Source of the DNA: Candidatus Fervidifonticultor secundus
GTDB lineage: Bacteria > Sysuimicrobiota > Sysuimicrobiia > Sysuimicrobiales > Humicultoraceae
NCBI GenBank assembly: GCA_031459385.1
Contig: JAVKIP010000009.1
Location: forward strand, 1-64,000
Reading direction: 5' to 3'
Length of the DNA: 64,000 nucleotides
In this document: in pieces, positions 1 through 11,176 of the stretch
Position numbering within the stretch: the first letter of the stretch is position 1
How the letters are laid out: each line of letters starts with the position of its first letter
Notes under the pieces: generated by a model
The model's input: the letters and a program-made list of their open reading frames with translations, nothing else
What the model was told of the DNA's origin: nothing
The model's database searches: none
Translations under genes and position numbers: made by a program

Positions 1-259
1 CTTCGCCCGCTGGTTCTGGCGGGCGACCCACAGCCGGTTGCAGCCAGTGGCGGAGGTGGCCAAGCTGATCCGGCGCCACCTGCCGAACATCCTGACCTAC
101 TTGCGCCATCGCATCACCAACGCCGGGTTAGAGGCAGTGAATGCCATGATCCAGTGGGTGAAGCGAACCGCCCGGGGGTTCCGGAACACCGAGAACTTCA
201 AGACGGCGATCTACTTTCACTGCGGCGGTCTGAACCTCTACCCACACGAAAGCCGGTAG
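1..259 (+). CDS. ISL3-family transposase, C-terminal part (truncated by window edge)
   Basis: Reading frame ...ITNAGLEAVNAMIQWVKRTARGFRNTENFKTAIYFHCGGLNLYP matches the ISL3 C-terminal signature (TNa..E..N..I...KR.ArGfRN). Confidence 0.9.
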   Translation, partial: FARWFWRATHSRLQPVAEVAKLIRRHLPNILTYLRHRITNAGLEAVNAMIQWVKRTARGFRNTENFKTAIYFHCGGLNLYPHESR

Positions 260-263
260 AGCC
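1..263 (+). mobile_element. ISL3-family insertion sequence, right end
   Basis: Element ends ...CCGGTAGAGCC at 263 (reverse complement GGCTCT..., typical ISL3 terminus), followed by an AT-rich stretch as ISL3 targets usually are. Confidence 0.75.
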
Positions 264-330
264 ACTTGCATTACTAGATACTATACGCGTGTTCGGTTGT
301 CAAATTGTCATGAAAGCTCAAACCCAGAGA

Positions 331-2973
331 TTACTTGAGCGCCGCCAACTCGACGGGTTCAACCTTCCGGTACACCTCACGAGGTGATCGGCGCCGACCG
401 TCCACCGTGAGCAGGCCTTCGATGGAGATCCCGAAGAGGCGTTCGTTTTCCTCCAGGTAGGGCCGGATCGTCGCCCAATCCTCGTCGGTCAGGTTGGCAA
501 AGCGGCCGCCGTTGAGTTGATGCTCATCCAGACGGGCATGCGGATCCCGGACATAGATGGCGCCTCCCGAGGCCAGGGAAAACAGATTGCCGCCGGGGTA
601 GGGCGTCTCCATGTCGATGATGCGCCCTTCCGTATCGAACCGGATGCCGTTCAGGACGACGAAGCCGCCGCCGTGGACGGGCAGCCCGGCCATGAACGAC
701 TCCGCGAGATAGTCCAGCGCCGTCCCGTTGATCACGACCCGCGGGTGCCCGACGGCATTGATGAGCGCCCGTCCCGCAGCGTTGCCGAGCACGAACGCCT
801 CGCCGCCCTTGGCGCCGTACATAAATGTCTGCCCGACGTCCCCGTGAATGATCAGCCGCCCGCTCTTGAGGATCTGCCCGTACTGGTCCTGGCCGCTGCC
901 GTGCACGACTACGACTAACCCGTCCAATCCCGACCCCAGGTAGTCGCCGGGACTCCCGTAGACGTCGATCCTGATGCCACCGGTGTGCGGACCGAACCCG
1001 TTGCCAATGAACCGCTGACCGCACACATCGAAGACGATCATTTCGCGCCAGCCGCGGCGGCCGGCCTCCACCAGAAACAGGGCGAGGCTTTCCGGACCCT
1101 CGGAGGGGAAGCCCACGCCATCCACCAGCAGCAGCGCTCCGGGGCGGCCGTCGCCCAGCGCCCGGCGTGAGGCCCAGCCGAGGCGGTGGATTCCGTCTAG
1201 TTGCGCCGGCACTTGCCGGAAGATCCTGTACAGGCGTTCCTGCACCAGGGCCAGCACCGAGGCCCGCCGCTTCTGCCCCGTCGGATAGCGGCGATCGACC
1301 AGCGCGGTGAGCAGGTCGGTGGCCTGGCGAAACGCCGCGGGGCTTCCGACCGCCGCTCGCTCCACGGCATCGAGCCAGCCGAGCAGATCCGCGTACGCCC
1401 ACCGGCCGATAGCCTCCCATGTCGCCTCCGGGCCGGGCAGGTCGCTGCCGCCTTCGGCAGGGCGCAGCGGCGCTCCCACCGCCACCGGCTGCGGGGGACC
1501 AGCGATCGTCCGGAGATGGTGCACCTGATCCGGCGGGGTCCGGACAGGTTCTCCGAATTTGTTGGTGCAGGTCAGGCGCGCGCGGGGAGCCGCTGCGGTC
1601 GGTGACGGCGCGCCCTCACCACGGACGGGGTGGCGATCGGCCTCCACTGTATAGACGAACGCCCCGCCGTCGGTGTACGACCCACCCCGCGCGTTCCAGT
1701 AGAGGTCGGCGACGGGGCAGATGCGCGGGTCCTCCTGGGCGAGACTCCGCAGGGTCGCATCGATGGCCTGCTTCTCCGAGGCGATGATCCCGATCTGCAC
1801 CTCTCCCTCCTGCAGCGAGAACACCTGGGGGCGCAGCATCGAGGTGTCGGTGATCCCGATCAGTTGCCAGGCCGCGCCGCCCCGGAGCGTGCGGGCCACG
1901 ATGAAGAACCAGGGGCCGTCGGGCGAGCCGTGGATGTGCGCGGCCTGGATCGCCCGGTAGAGGCGCCGCTTCTCGGGTGGCAGCATGAGGAAGTCCCGCT
2001 CGGTGGTCGGCGCCATGGCCTCCAGCAGGTATTCGAGGGGATACCGATAGGTGCGGGCCCAGAGGTCGAATAACAGGACCGCCACCTCGGTGTCGGTGAG
2101 AAAGAGCGGATAGAGCCCCCGCTGGGCAAGGTACTCGCACACCGCATGGTAGTTGGCGAAGTCTCCGTTGTGTACCAGCGCGACGTCGAGGGCCGCAAAG
2201 GGGTGCGCGCCGCCCGGATGCCAGACGCGGCCTTTGGTGGGATACCGCTGGTGCCCGATCCAGACGCGGGCGTCCATCTCGTCCATCCGATAGTACCGGA
2301 ACGCCTGCTCCGCGTACCCTACGACCTTGAGCACCAGCATGTCGCGGCCGTAGGACAGCACGAAGGCGCGCATGCGGCCCTCGCTGTAAAGCGTGCGGTT
2401 GAGCCGAAACGCCCACTGACTGACGTATTCGTCTTCGACCACATCGACGGGCAGGTGTTCGAGACGGTGGTCTCGCACGAATCGCTCCAGCACCTCGGGC
2501 CGTACACGGGCAAAGTAGCGCCAGACATCGGGCGGCCGCACTTCCAGTCCGAGCTCGCGGTGGTCGTCGAGCGTCGGAATGCGGGCGCCCTGATGGACGA
2601 CGAGGTCGGACAGGAAGGCCGTCTCGACTTCCGCGCGCGCGCTTTCGTCCAGGAGGGCCACCTGGATCAGGTAGTCGCTGGCGAGCGTGGGGCCATCGAC
2701 GCCCATCTGCTGCGGGACCAGTCCGCAGGCCGCCAGGCCGCCGCCCTTGCCATTGCCGCGGTTGTGCATCTGCACGCAGGGCTGGAGGATGTGACGCCCC
2801 CGCACCGGCACCGAGGCCGCCAGGCCAACCACCCCGCAGCCGCCCTCCGCCTCTGCCGGTCGCAGCGGGAGCGCCGATCCCGCCAGCGGGCGGCGCGAGC
2901 GGAGGAGCGCCTCGACGCGCTCCCGCTCGACGCGTTCGCGATCGCTGCGTTCGCGGCAGGCCGCGTCGTTCAT
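331..2973 (-). CDS. Glutamate synthase-like subunit: class II glutamine amidotransferase domain fused to GXGXG beta-helix domain
   Basis: EGGCGVVG (Ntn Cys), GHQRYPT, HPF, VHNGDFANY, TDTE; C-terminal GQRFIGNG/GDYLGSG/GDVGQTFMYGAKGG repeats. True start is probably the ATG at 2973 overlapping the upstream TGA; the extra ORF-track N-terminus is shadow sequence. Confidence 0.85.
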   Translation of the reverse strand: MNDAACRERSDRERVERERVEALLRSRRPLAGSALPLRPAEAEGGCGVVGLAASVPVRGRHILQPCVQMHNRGNGKGGGLAACGLVPQQMGVDGPTLASDYLIQVALLDESARAEVETAFLSDLVVHQGARIPTLDDHRELGLEVRPPDVWRYFARVRPEVLERFVRDHRLEHLPVDVVEDEYVSQWAFRLNRTLYSEGRMRAFVLSYGRDMLVLKVVGYAEQAFRYYRMDEMDARVWIGHQRYPTKGRVWHPGGAHPFAALDVALVHNGDFANYHAVCEYLAQRGLYPLFLTDTEVAVLLFDLWARTYRYPLEYLLEAMAPTTERDFLMLPPEKRRLYRAIQAAHIHGSPDGPWFFIVARTLRGGAAWQLIGITDTSMLRPQVFSLQEGEVQIGIIASEKQAIDATLRSLAQEDPRICPVADLYWNARGGSYTDGGAFVYTVEADRHPVRGEGAPSPTAAAPRARLTCTNKFGEPVRTPPDQVHHLRTIAGPPQPVAVGAPLRPAEGGSDLPGPEATWEAIGRWAYADLLGWLDAVERAAVGSPAAFRQATDLLTALVDRRYPTGQKRRASVLALVQERLYRIFRQVPAQLDGIHRLGWASRRALGDGRPGALLLVDGVGFPSEGPESLALFLVEAGRRGWREMIVFDVCGQRFIGNGFGPHTGGIRIDVYGSPGDYLGSGLDGLVVVVHGSGQDQYGQILKSGRLIIHGDVGQTFMYGAKGGEAFVLGNAAGRALINAVGHPRVVINGTALDYLAESFMAGLPVHGGGFVVLNGIRFDTEGRIIDMETPYPGGNLFSLASGGAIYVRDPHARLDEHQLNGGRFANLTDEDWATIRPYLEENERLFGISIEGLLTVDGRRRSPREVYRKVEPVELAALK

Positions 2974-5522
2974 ACGGGGCCTCCCGGCGCCGCGGCGCCC
3001 GCCGGCAGGCTGCCCTCGGGCCCGCCGGCCGCGCCGGTGCCGCCCAGATACCGGAGCAGGTCCGTGCGCCCCCGCAGATCGCCGATGGCGCGCAGACTCA
3101 GGCGGCTGGCGATGTCGCGCAGGACGATCATCCAGGCCCGGTAGAGATTGGCGATGCGCTGCATTCCCCAGTCCGGGTCGATCAGCCGGCTGAGCTCCGG
3201 ATCGGTGGTGGTGATGCCGAAGGGACACCCCTTGCCCTTCTCGCAGTCGGCGAGGCGCGTGCAGCCCAGAGCCACGAGTTCCGCCATGCCGATCACCACG
3301 CCGTCGGCACCCAGCGCAATGGCCTTGGCGGCATCGTAGGGCGTGCGGATGCCGCCGCTGGCAATCAGGACAATCTCGTCGCGGATGCCTTCCTGGATCA
3401 GGAACCGGTGGACCTTGGGAATCGCATACTCGATGGGCATGGCGATGTTCTTCTTGGCGATCTCGGGGGCCGCGCCGGTGCCGCCGTAGCCGCCGTCCAG
3501 GTGCACGATGTGCGCGCCGGCGTAGTAGATGCCCACCGCCACCATATCCACGTCGGTGGGCGTGGAGACTTTCACCGACACCAGCGCCCGCGGGTTGACG
3601 GTCCGGATCCAGTCCACGTGTTTCTTGTGATCCTCCACCGAGTAGACGCTGTGGAAGGGGAACGGGGAATAGAGGCTGATCCACGCCACCGATTCGCGCA
3701 TCGAGGCCACGGCCTCGGTGACCTTGCCGCCCAGCAGATGGCCGCCCAGACCTGGCTTCGCCCCCTGCGCGTACTTCAACTCGACGATGCGGGCGGCCTG
3801 GATCGTTTCTTCTCGGACGCCGAAGAGGCCGGTGGCGACCTGCGTGATGATCCAATCGGCCCAGGGGACCAGCTCTTCCGGATACCCTCCCTCGCCGGTG
3901 GAGGTAAACGTCCCGATCGCCGCGGCCGCCCGGGCCCGCGCGAGCATCGTCTGCAGGCTGACCGATCCGAAGGACATGCCGCCGCCGTAGACCGGCAGCG
4001 GGATGACGATCTCGGGGCCGTCCCCTCGGCGGTTCAAAGGCAGCGACAGGTCCACGTCGTCGGGGTCGACCACCGCCGGCGGACGCCAGTCGTGATCGGT
4101 CTCGAACGCGAACCGCAGCACATCGAAGCCGCCGCCCGAACGGCCCACGTAGTCGCCGCGCTCCGGGGGGCGTCCGGTCTCGGCCATCGTCCACGTCGCC
4201 TGCAGTACCTCGGGCGTCCACCGGAGGTCGCCCAGGAGCGGCGGCTCACCCACCCGCGGCCCGTCGCCGTTCCGGTGCACCACGGGAAACAGGCGGCGGA
4301 ACTGCTCCTCCTCCACCGCGTGGAAGATAACGCGCCCGACCTCGCCGCGCAGGCGTCGCACCTCGCGCATCCCCATGGCGCCCAGGCATTCCAGCAACTG
4401 GTCGCGCCAGGCCGCCATCAGGTTGACGAGGCGCTGGGCACCCCAGGAGGGCGCGAACTCCCCGGCTTCGGCACCGCAGTGGGTCCGATCTGCCCACAGC
4501 GCGCAGCCCAGCGCGATCGGGAGGGTGAAGTCCAGCCCGACCAGATCCGCGCCACAGGCGATAGCCTTCGGCACGTGCTCGGCGGTCGCAATTCCCCCGC
4601 TGGCGACCAGCGTGACCCGATCGCGGAGGGCCTCGGCCACCAGGTGGCCATGCACTGCCCGGAGGGCGTCAGCGACAAAACCGGCCGGCGTCTGCCCGTA
4701 CTCATCCGCATAGAGGTGCAGGACCGCGGCCCCCTGCCGGACCAGGTGCGCAGCCTCCTGCGGCGTCTGCGGCCCGAAGGCCAGGTGGAGCCCGATCACG
4801 ATCCCAGGTTGCTGCGCGGCCACGCGCCGGGCGGCCTCCAGGAGCCGTGCGGAGGCCTGCGGCCCCTCCCCGGCCCGCTCCGCTGCCCCCAATTCCAGGT
4901 AGCGCACGCGCGTCCAGAGGTCGCGCATCGCCTCGAGGCGGTCGACCGGCACACGGAGGGCCAGAGAGTCGACGAGAGTCTCCAGATCGGACTGCCACTG
5001 GTCGGGCTCCATCAGAGCGAGCGTGCCCAGGTGCTGCGCGGCCAGCGCCACGGCCAGGATAGGATTCCGGTTGGGCGCCGGCAGTGGGTACGGATTGAAG
5101 ATCACCGGGATGGGGAGCTCGATCAGCGCCAACGGCTGGAACAGGCGCTCCAGCGGTGTGGGGTCGGGGATGCGCCCCAGGTCTACCGACGTCGAGATGT
5201 ACTCGCGTCCGTGGATGCCGTCTCGCGTCGGCCGGACGATCTCGGACATGTCGAGCCACAGGCCATCGAACCCGGCGCCCGCGAACGGCCCGCCGTAGCC
5301 TGCGCCGGAGATGGGAATCTTCCCGCGCTCGGCCATGTACCAGGTCTGGGTGATGATCTCGGGCGTCCAGTAGGGATCGACCGCGCCCGGGCTCTCGAAG
5401 GGCGCGTGGCCATACTTCACGTACTCGTCCTGCTCGGCGAAGCGAAACTTCGCCGGAACCGCGAAGGGCAGCGGAGCAGGACGGGGCTCGATATGATACC
5501 GTACGCCGGCCAGGGCCTTCAC
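2970..5522 (-). CDS. Glutamate synthase-like FMN-binding subunit with two tandem GltB2 (FMN barrel) domains
   Basis: Second half: GGMSFGSVS, TGEGG, QVATGLFGV, ELKYAQGAKPGLGGHL, LIASGGIR, KAIALGAD, C-x5-C-x5-CPFGITT. First half repeats DMSEIVRPTRDGIHGRE, LVASGGI, KAIACGAD, GAMGMREVRRLRG. RBS AGGAG before GTG. Confidence 0.85.
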   Translation of the reverse strand: MKALAGVRYHIEPRPAPLPFAVPAKFRFAEQDEYVKYGHAPFESPGAVDPYWTPEIITQTWYMAERGKIPISGAGYGGPFAGAGFDGLWLDMSEIVRPTRDGIHGREYISTSVDLGRIPDPTPLERLFQPLALIELPIPVIFNPYPLPAPNRNPILAVALAAQHLGTLALMEPDQWQSDLETLVDSLALRVPVDRLEAMRDLWTRVRYLELGAAERAGEGPQASARLLEAARRVAAQQPGIVIGLHLAFGPQTPQEAAHLVRQGAAVLHLYADEYGQTPAGFVADALRAVHGHLVAEALRDRVTLVASGGIATAEHVPKAIACGADLVGLDFTLPIALGCALWADRTHCGAEAGEFAPSWGAQRLVNLMAAWRDQLLECLGAMGMREVRRLRGEVGRVIFHAVEEEQFRRLFPVVHRNGDGPRVGEPPLLGDLRWTPEVLQATWTMAETGRPPERGDYVGRSGGGFDVLRFAFETDHDWRPPAVVDPDDVDLSLPLNRRGDGPEIVIPLPVYGGGMSFGSVSLQTMLARARAAAAIGTFTSTGEGGYPEELVPWADWIITQVATGLFGVREETIQAARIVELKYAQGAKPGLGGHLLGGKVTEAVASMRESVAWISLYSPFPFHSVYSVEDHKKHVDWIRTVNPRALVSVKVSTPTDVDMVAVGIYYAGAHIVHLDGGYGGTGAAPEIAKKNIAMPIEYAIPKVHRFLIQEGIRDEIVLIASGGIRTPYDAAKAIALGADGVVIGMAELVALGCTRLADCEKGKGCPFGITTTDPELSRLIDPDWGMQRIANLYRAWMIVLRDIASRLSLRAIGDLRGRTDLLRYLGGTGAAGGPEGSLPAGAAAPGGPV

Positions 5523-5591
5523 GGGTCGACTCCTGCACCCCTTTGGTCGGAATGCAGCAGGTTCACCCCTCGTGGGGGCGCCTACACGTAG

Positions 5592-5620
5592 AGAATATGC
5601 CCGGGGAGAAGGCGTCGCAA
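5592..5620 (-). promoter_or_regulatory. sigma70-type promoter for the glutamate synthase-like genes
   Basis: TTGCGA-17 bp-TATTCT on the minus strand, ~70 nt upstream of the GTG start. Confidence 0.55.
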
Positions 5621-5751
5621 CCTCGGGGCCCGTTCCCTACCATGAAGGGCGTGTGAGCACGAACCACGGAAGCTGCGGATTCGAGTAGACGTGCGGCCTC
5701 GATCAGGTCAGAGACGAGGCAGATGTGAACCTGCACGTGAGGAAAGCCGAC

Positions 5752-5829
5752 TGGCGGGAGCGACGGGATTTGAACCCGCGATCTCCTGCGTGACAGGCAG
5801 GTGTGTTGACCGGGCTACACCACGCCCCC
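5752..5829 (-). tRNA. tRNA-Asp (GTC)
   Basis: GGGGGCG/CGCTCCC acceptor stem, anticodon arm CCTGC-CTGTCAC-GCAGG, T-loop GGTTCAAATCC, G73 and encoded CCA. Confidence 0.97.
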
Positions 5830-5857
5830 GAGGGGAAGACCACTCCCGCCAGGGGCC

Positions 5858-5886
5858 ATTCTAGAGGTGGGGGGTTGGGGTGTCAA
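5858..5886 (-). promoter_or_regulatory. sigma70 promoter of tRNA-Asp
   Basis: TTGACA-17 bp-TAGAAT, near consensus, just upstream of the tRNA. Confidence 0.8.
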
Positions 5887-5962
5887 CGCTTGCGCCCGGG
5901 GCGACAGGCCGGCGACCGCACCGCTCATCCCGCCCGGCAGCGGTGGCCGGCGGCCGCACCGC

Positions 5963-6790
5963 TCATGCCACCTGCCCCACGGCCGGGGCGTCGCGGACGA
6001 TGCACACCTTCTCCGCCGCGTCGTCGAAGAAGTAGCCCGAACCCCCCTCCCCGACGATCTGCAGCAGCCGGCCGCCATCGGTCGCAACGATGCCGCCCAG
6101 GACGTCGACGCCACGCTCGAAGAACGGCCGCGGCCAGGGCGAGGCCGTGGGACCGGCCAGCACCACGCGCCGTGCCCTGCGCACCGCCGCCAGCAGGTCG
6201 TCGAGACCGCCTTCGACCAGCGCCGACCCGGTGACCAGCGCGACGGTGGCAGCCGCCAGGACCTCGCGGGCGTGCGCGGGCGGCCACCACAGGTGCTGCT
6301 CGTCGTCGCGCAGCGCTTCCCGGTGATGGTCGATCACCCACAGGGCGGCCACGCGCCCTTTGAGCACTTTGAGGAACGGCGTGAACGCGCCGACCATGGC
6401 CACGCGGTCGGCCGCGCCCACCTCGGCGGCGTCCAGGGCGTCCACGCCCCGCAGCAGACGGCCGCCCGGGATGCCGTGGCGCTCCATGGCGAGCGCCGAG
6501 AGGGCGTTGAGCGCCGCCACCCCTACGGCGCGGCGCAACGGCACGGGCGAGGTGGCGTAGGTCGCCAGGGCCCAGGCGTCCTGCCCGGCCAGGCGGCCCG
6601 CCGGCGGCGCTGCGGCCGCCGACCGCGGGCAGCACACCGTATCGCCCAGGCCACGCGGGGTGAACGCCACCCCGACGTGTCCGGTGGCGAGCTGCGCCGC
6701 GGTGTAGAAGACGCCGACGCGGACGTCGCGCACTGTCAGCGCTTCACCGGCCAGGACCTGCGCCAGGTCGTCGTGCCAGGCTTCGATCAC
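5963..6790 (-). CDS. DUF364/DUF4213-type Rossmann-like protein (putative heavy-metal chelation)
   Basis: VRVGVFYTAA..GHVGVAF, RAVGVAALNALS, VAMVGAF.P, ALVTGSALV.GGLD.LL, LAGPTAS..P, GVD.LGG; GGAGG 7 nt before GTG at 6790. Confidence 0.75.
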   Translation of the reverse strand: MIEAWHDDLAQVLAGEALTVRDVRVGVFYTAAQLATGHVGVAFTPRGLGDTVCCPRSAAAAPPAGRLAGQDAWALATYATSPVPLRRAVGVAALNALSALAMERHGIPGGRLLRGVDALDAAEVGAADRVAMVGAFTPFLKVLKGRVAALWVIDHHREALRDDEQHLWWPPAHAREVLAAATVALVTGSALVEGGLDDLLAAVRRARRVVLAGPTASPWPRPFFERGVDVLGGIVATDGGRLLQIVGEGGSGYFFDDAAEKVCIVRDAPAVGQVA

Positions 6791-7091
6791 GCCCACGCCT
6801 CCACCCCCCTCCTGGAACCAGCCGGCTCGGGCCGCGGGGTCGGAAACCCCTGCGTCGTGTGGCGACCACGCAGTCCAGGCCGCACACCCATTGTACTTTC
6901 GCCGCATCGTGCTGGGGAAGCGCATCGCCGGGTCCGGGACTGTACAGACGTGGCCAGACGCCACGGATCGGCGTGCCGGTGCGGTCCTCTGTCGGAGCGC
7001 CGGTGGCAAACCGGTGGTAGAGTTGAGAGCGCCGGGAGGACGGTGTCCGTGGAGGCACCCGGAGCCAGAATCATCGCAGGAGGTGCGTCCA

Positions 7092-7505
7092 ATGCTGAGC
7101 GGCCTGTGGATCGTCATCGCCTCGTTCGTGCGCTTGCCGTTCACATACGTCTGGGGAACGGGAGCCAGACTGGCCGAGATCGGCGCCCGCGGCGGTCTGC
7201 CGGCCGGGCGGGACGAGGACCTGCCCTTCCTCAACTGGCTGCTGGTGGCCGGGCGGATCCTCATCGCGGTGGTGGCCCTGGCTGTTGCGGCTGTCTTCGC
7301 GGTGCTGGCCCTGTGGGCGCTGCGCCAGGGGGTGGGGCCGTTCCTGGGCGGGCTGGTCACCGGCGCGCTGGCGGCGTTCGCCTGGGTTTGGGTTGCCGGG
7401 CTGGCCCTGGAGAGCCTCAGCCTGACCATCGTGATCGCCAACAACACGCGGGAGATGGTCCACCTGCTGCGGGCGCGGCCGGAGGCGCCCGCGGGGGAGC
7501 CATAA
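7092..7505 (+). CDS. Hypothetical integral membrane protein (137 aa)
   Basis: AGGAGG RBS, ATG at 7092, two to three hydrophobic segments, GC3-rich codons. Confidence 0.7.
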   Translation: MLSGLWIVIASFVRLPFTYVWGTGARLAEIGARGGLPAGRDEDLPFLNWLLVAGRILIAVVALAVAAVFAVLALWALRQGVGPFLGGLVTGALAAFAWVWVAGLALESLSLTIVIANNTREMVHLLRARPEAPAGEP

Positions 7506-7539
7506 GACCAGCGGCGACGGCCTCCTCGCCGAACCCCGA

Positions 7540-7548
7540 TGGTACAAT
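7540..7548 (+). promoter_or_regulatory. Extended -10 promoter element upstream of the efp-like gene
   Basis: TGgTACAAT ~75 nt before the ATG. Confidence 0.45.
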
Positions 7549-7622
7549 GTCGCCGCGGGACCGATGCGACGGTCGCGAGGCTCCGCGGCACCATGGGATG
7601 AGGTCGCGTAAGGAGACGCGCG

Positions 7623-8192
7623 ATGGTGGAGGCATCCGCGCTGCGGCCCGGCATGGCGATCCGCCTGGAGGGCGAGCTCTACAAGGTCGTCACCGCCACC
7701 TTCCACGCGGGCGGGGGGCAGATGGGCGGGGTGACCCACGCCAAACTCCGCAACGTCCGCACGGGCGCGGTGCGCGAGTGGCGGTTCCGGGCCGACGAGG
7801 CGGTGGCCGACGTACCGGTCGAGCGCCAGACGATGCAGTTCCTCTACAGCGACGACGCGTTCTGCCACTTCATGCATACCGAAACGTTCGAGCAGGTGGC
7901 GATCGAGCGATCCCGGCTGGGCCGGGCGGCGGCGTTCCTGGCAGAGGGCATGCAGGTACCGGTGGAGTTCCACGAGGAGCGGCCCATCGGGGTGGTCTTC
8001 CCCGACATCGTCGAGGTGCGGGTGGCCCAGACGGCGCCGCCGGCCCACGGCGTCGGCACCGAGAACGTGTGGAAGGAAGCCAGGCTGGACAACGGCCTCG
8101 TGATCCAGGTACCGCCGTTCATCGCCACCGGCGAGTGGGTCCGCGTCGACGTCGAAGCCGGCACCTACGTCGAGCGAGCCAAACGAAAGTAG
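7623..8192 (+). CDS. efp: Elongation factor P family protein (divergent; lacks PGKG loop)
   Basis: LRPGMAI..EGELYKV, KLRNVRTG, MQFLYSD....FM..ETFEQ, FL.EGM, K.A.L.NG..IQVPPFI..GE...VD...G.YVERA; AAGGAG RBS. Confidence 0.9.
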   Translation: MVEASALRPGMAIRLEGELYKVVTATFHAGGGQMGGVTHAKLRNVRTGAVREWRFRADEAVADVPVERQTMQFLYSDDAFCHFMHTETFEQVAIERSRLGRAAAFLAEGMQVPVEFHEERPIGVVFPDIVEVRVAQTAPPAHGVGTENVWKEARLDNGLVIQVPPFIATGEWVRVDVEAGTYVERAKRK

Positions 8193-8251
8193 CCGGCGCG
8201 CCGGCCGCCGGGGCTGCGGACTGCGCCTGCGGGCGCGCCCGACGCACAGGC

Positions 8252-9319
<1,068 letters not shown>

Positions 9320-9324
9320 GCGGC

Positions 9325-9558
9325 TCAGAACGCCTGCTGGATCTGCCGGCAGACCCACGTGCCGGGGTCATCGCCCGGCACCGACGTCTGGACGGACGGC
9401 CGCGCCGTCGCCGCGGCACTCTGCGTCGCCGCCCAAAGGCGCGCGGTCGGGGGCGCGCCTGCTGCCGAAGCGTCCGCGAGCGCCGCCAGATCGGCCTCGA
9501 GGTCGCGCAGGGCATCCCACCCGCAGAACACCGTGCGCCAGATCGTGCCCCAGTCCAT
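9325..9558 (-). CDS. Small hypothetical protein (77 aa)
   Basis: Strong AGGAGG 6 nt before ATG; fills the cimA-leuB gap. Confidence 0.6.
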   Translation of the reverse strand: MDWGTIWRTVFCGWDALRDLEADLAALADASAAGAPPTARLWAATQSAAATARPSVQTSVPGDDPGTWVCRQIQQAF

Positions 9559-9586
9559 GCCGGTCCTCCTACTGCCGCGCGAGCCG

Positions 9587-11161
<1,575 letters not shown>

Positions 11162-11176
11162 GCCGCCGGCCCCGCG

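Noticed and set aside
2974..4221. N-terminal ~415 aa of the 1296-aa ORF 331..4221
   Set aside because: Arg/Gly-rich shadow frame overlapping the real 2970..5522 gene; homology begins after the ATG at 2973
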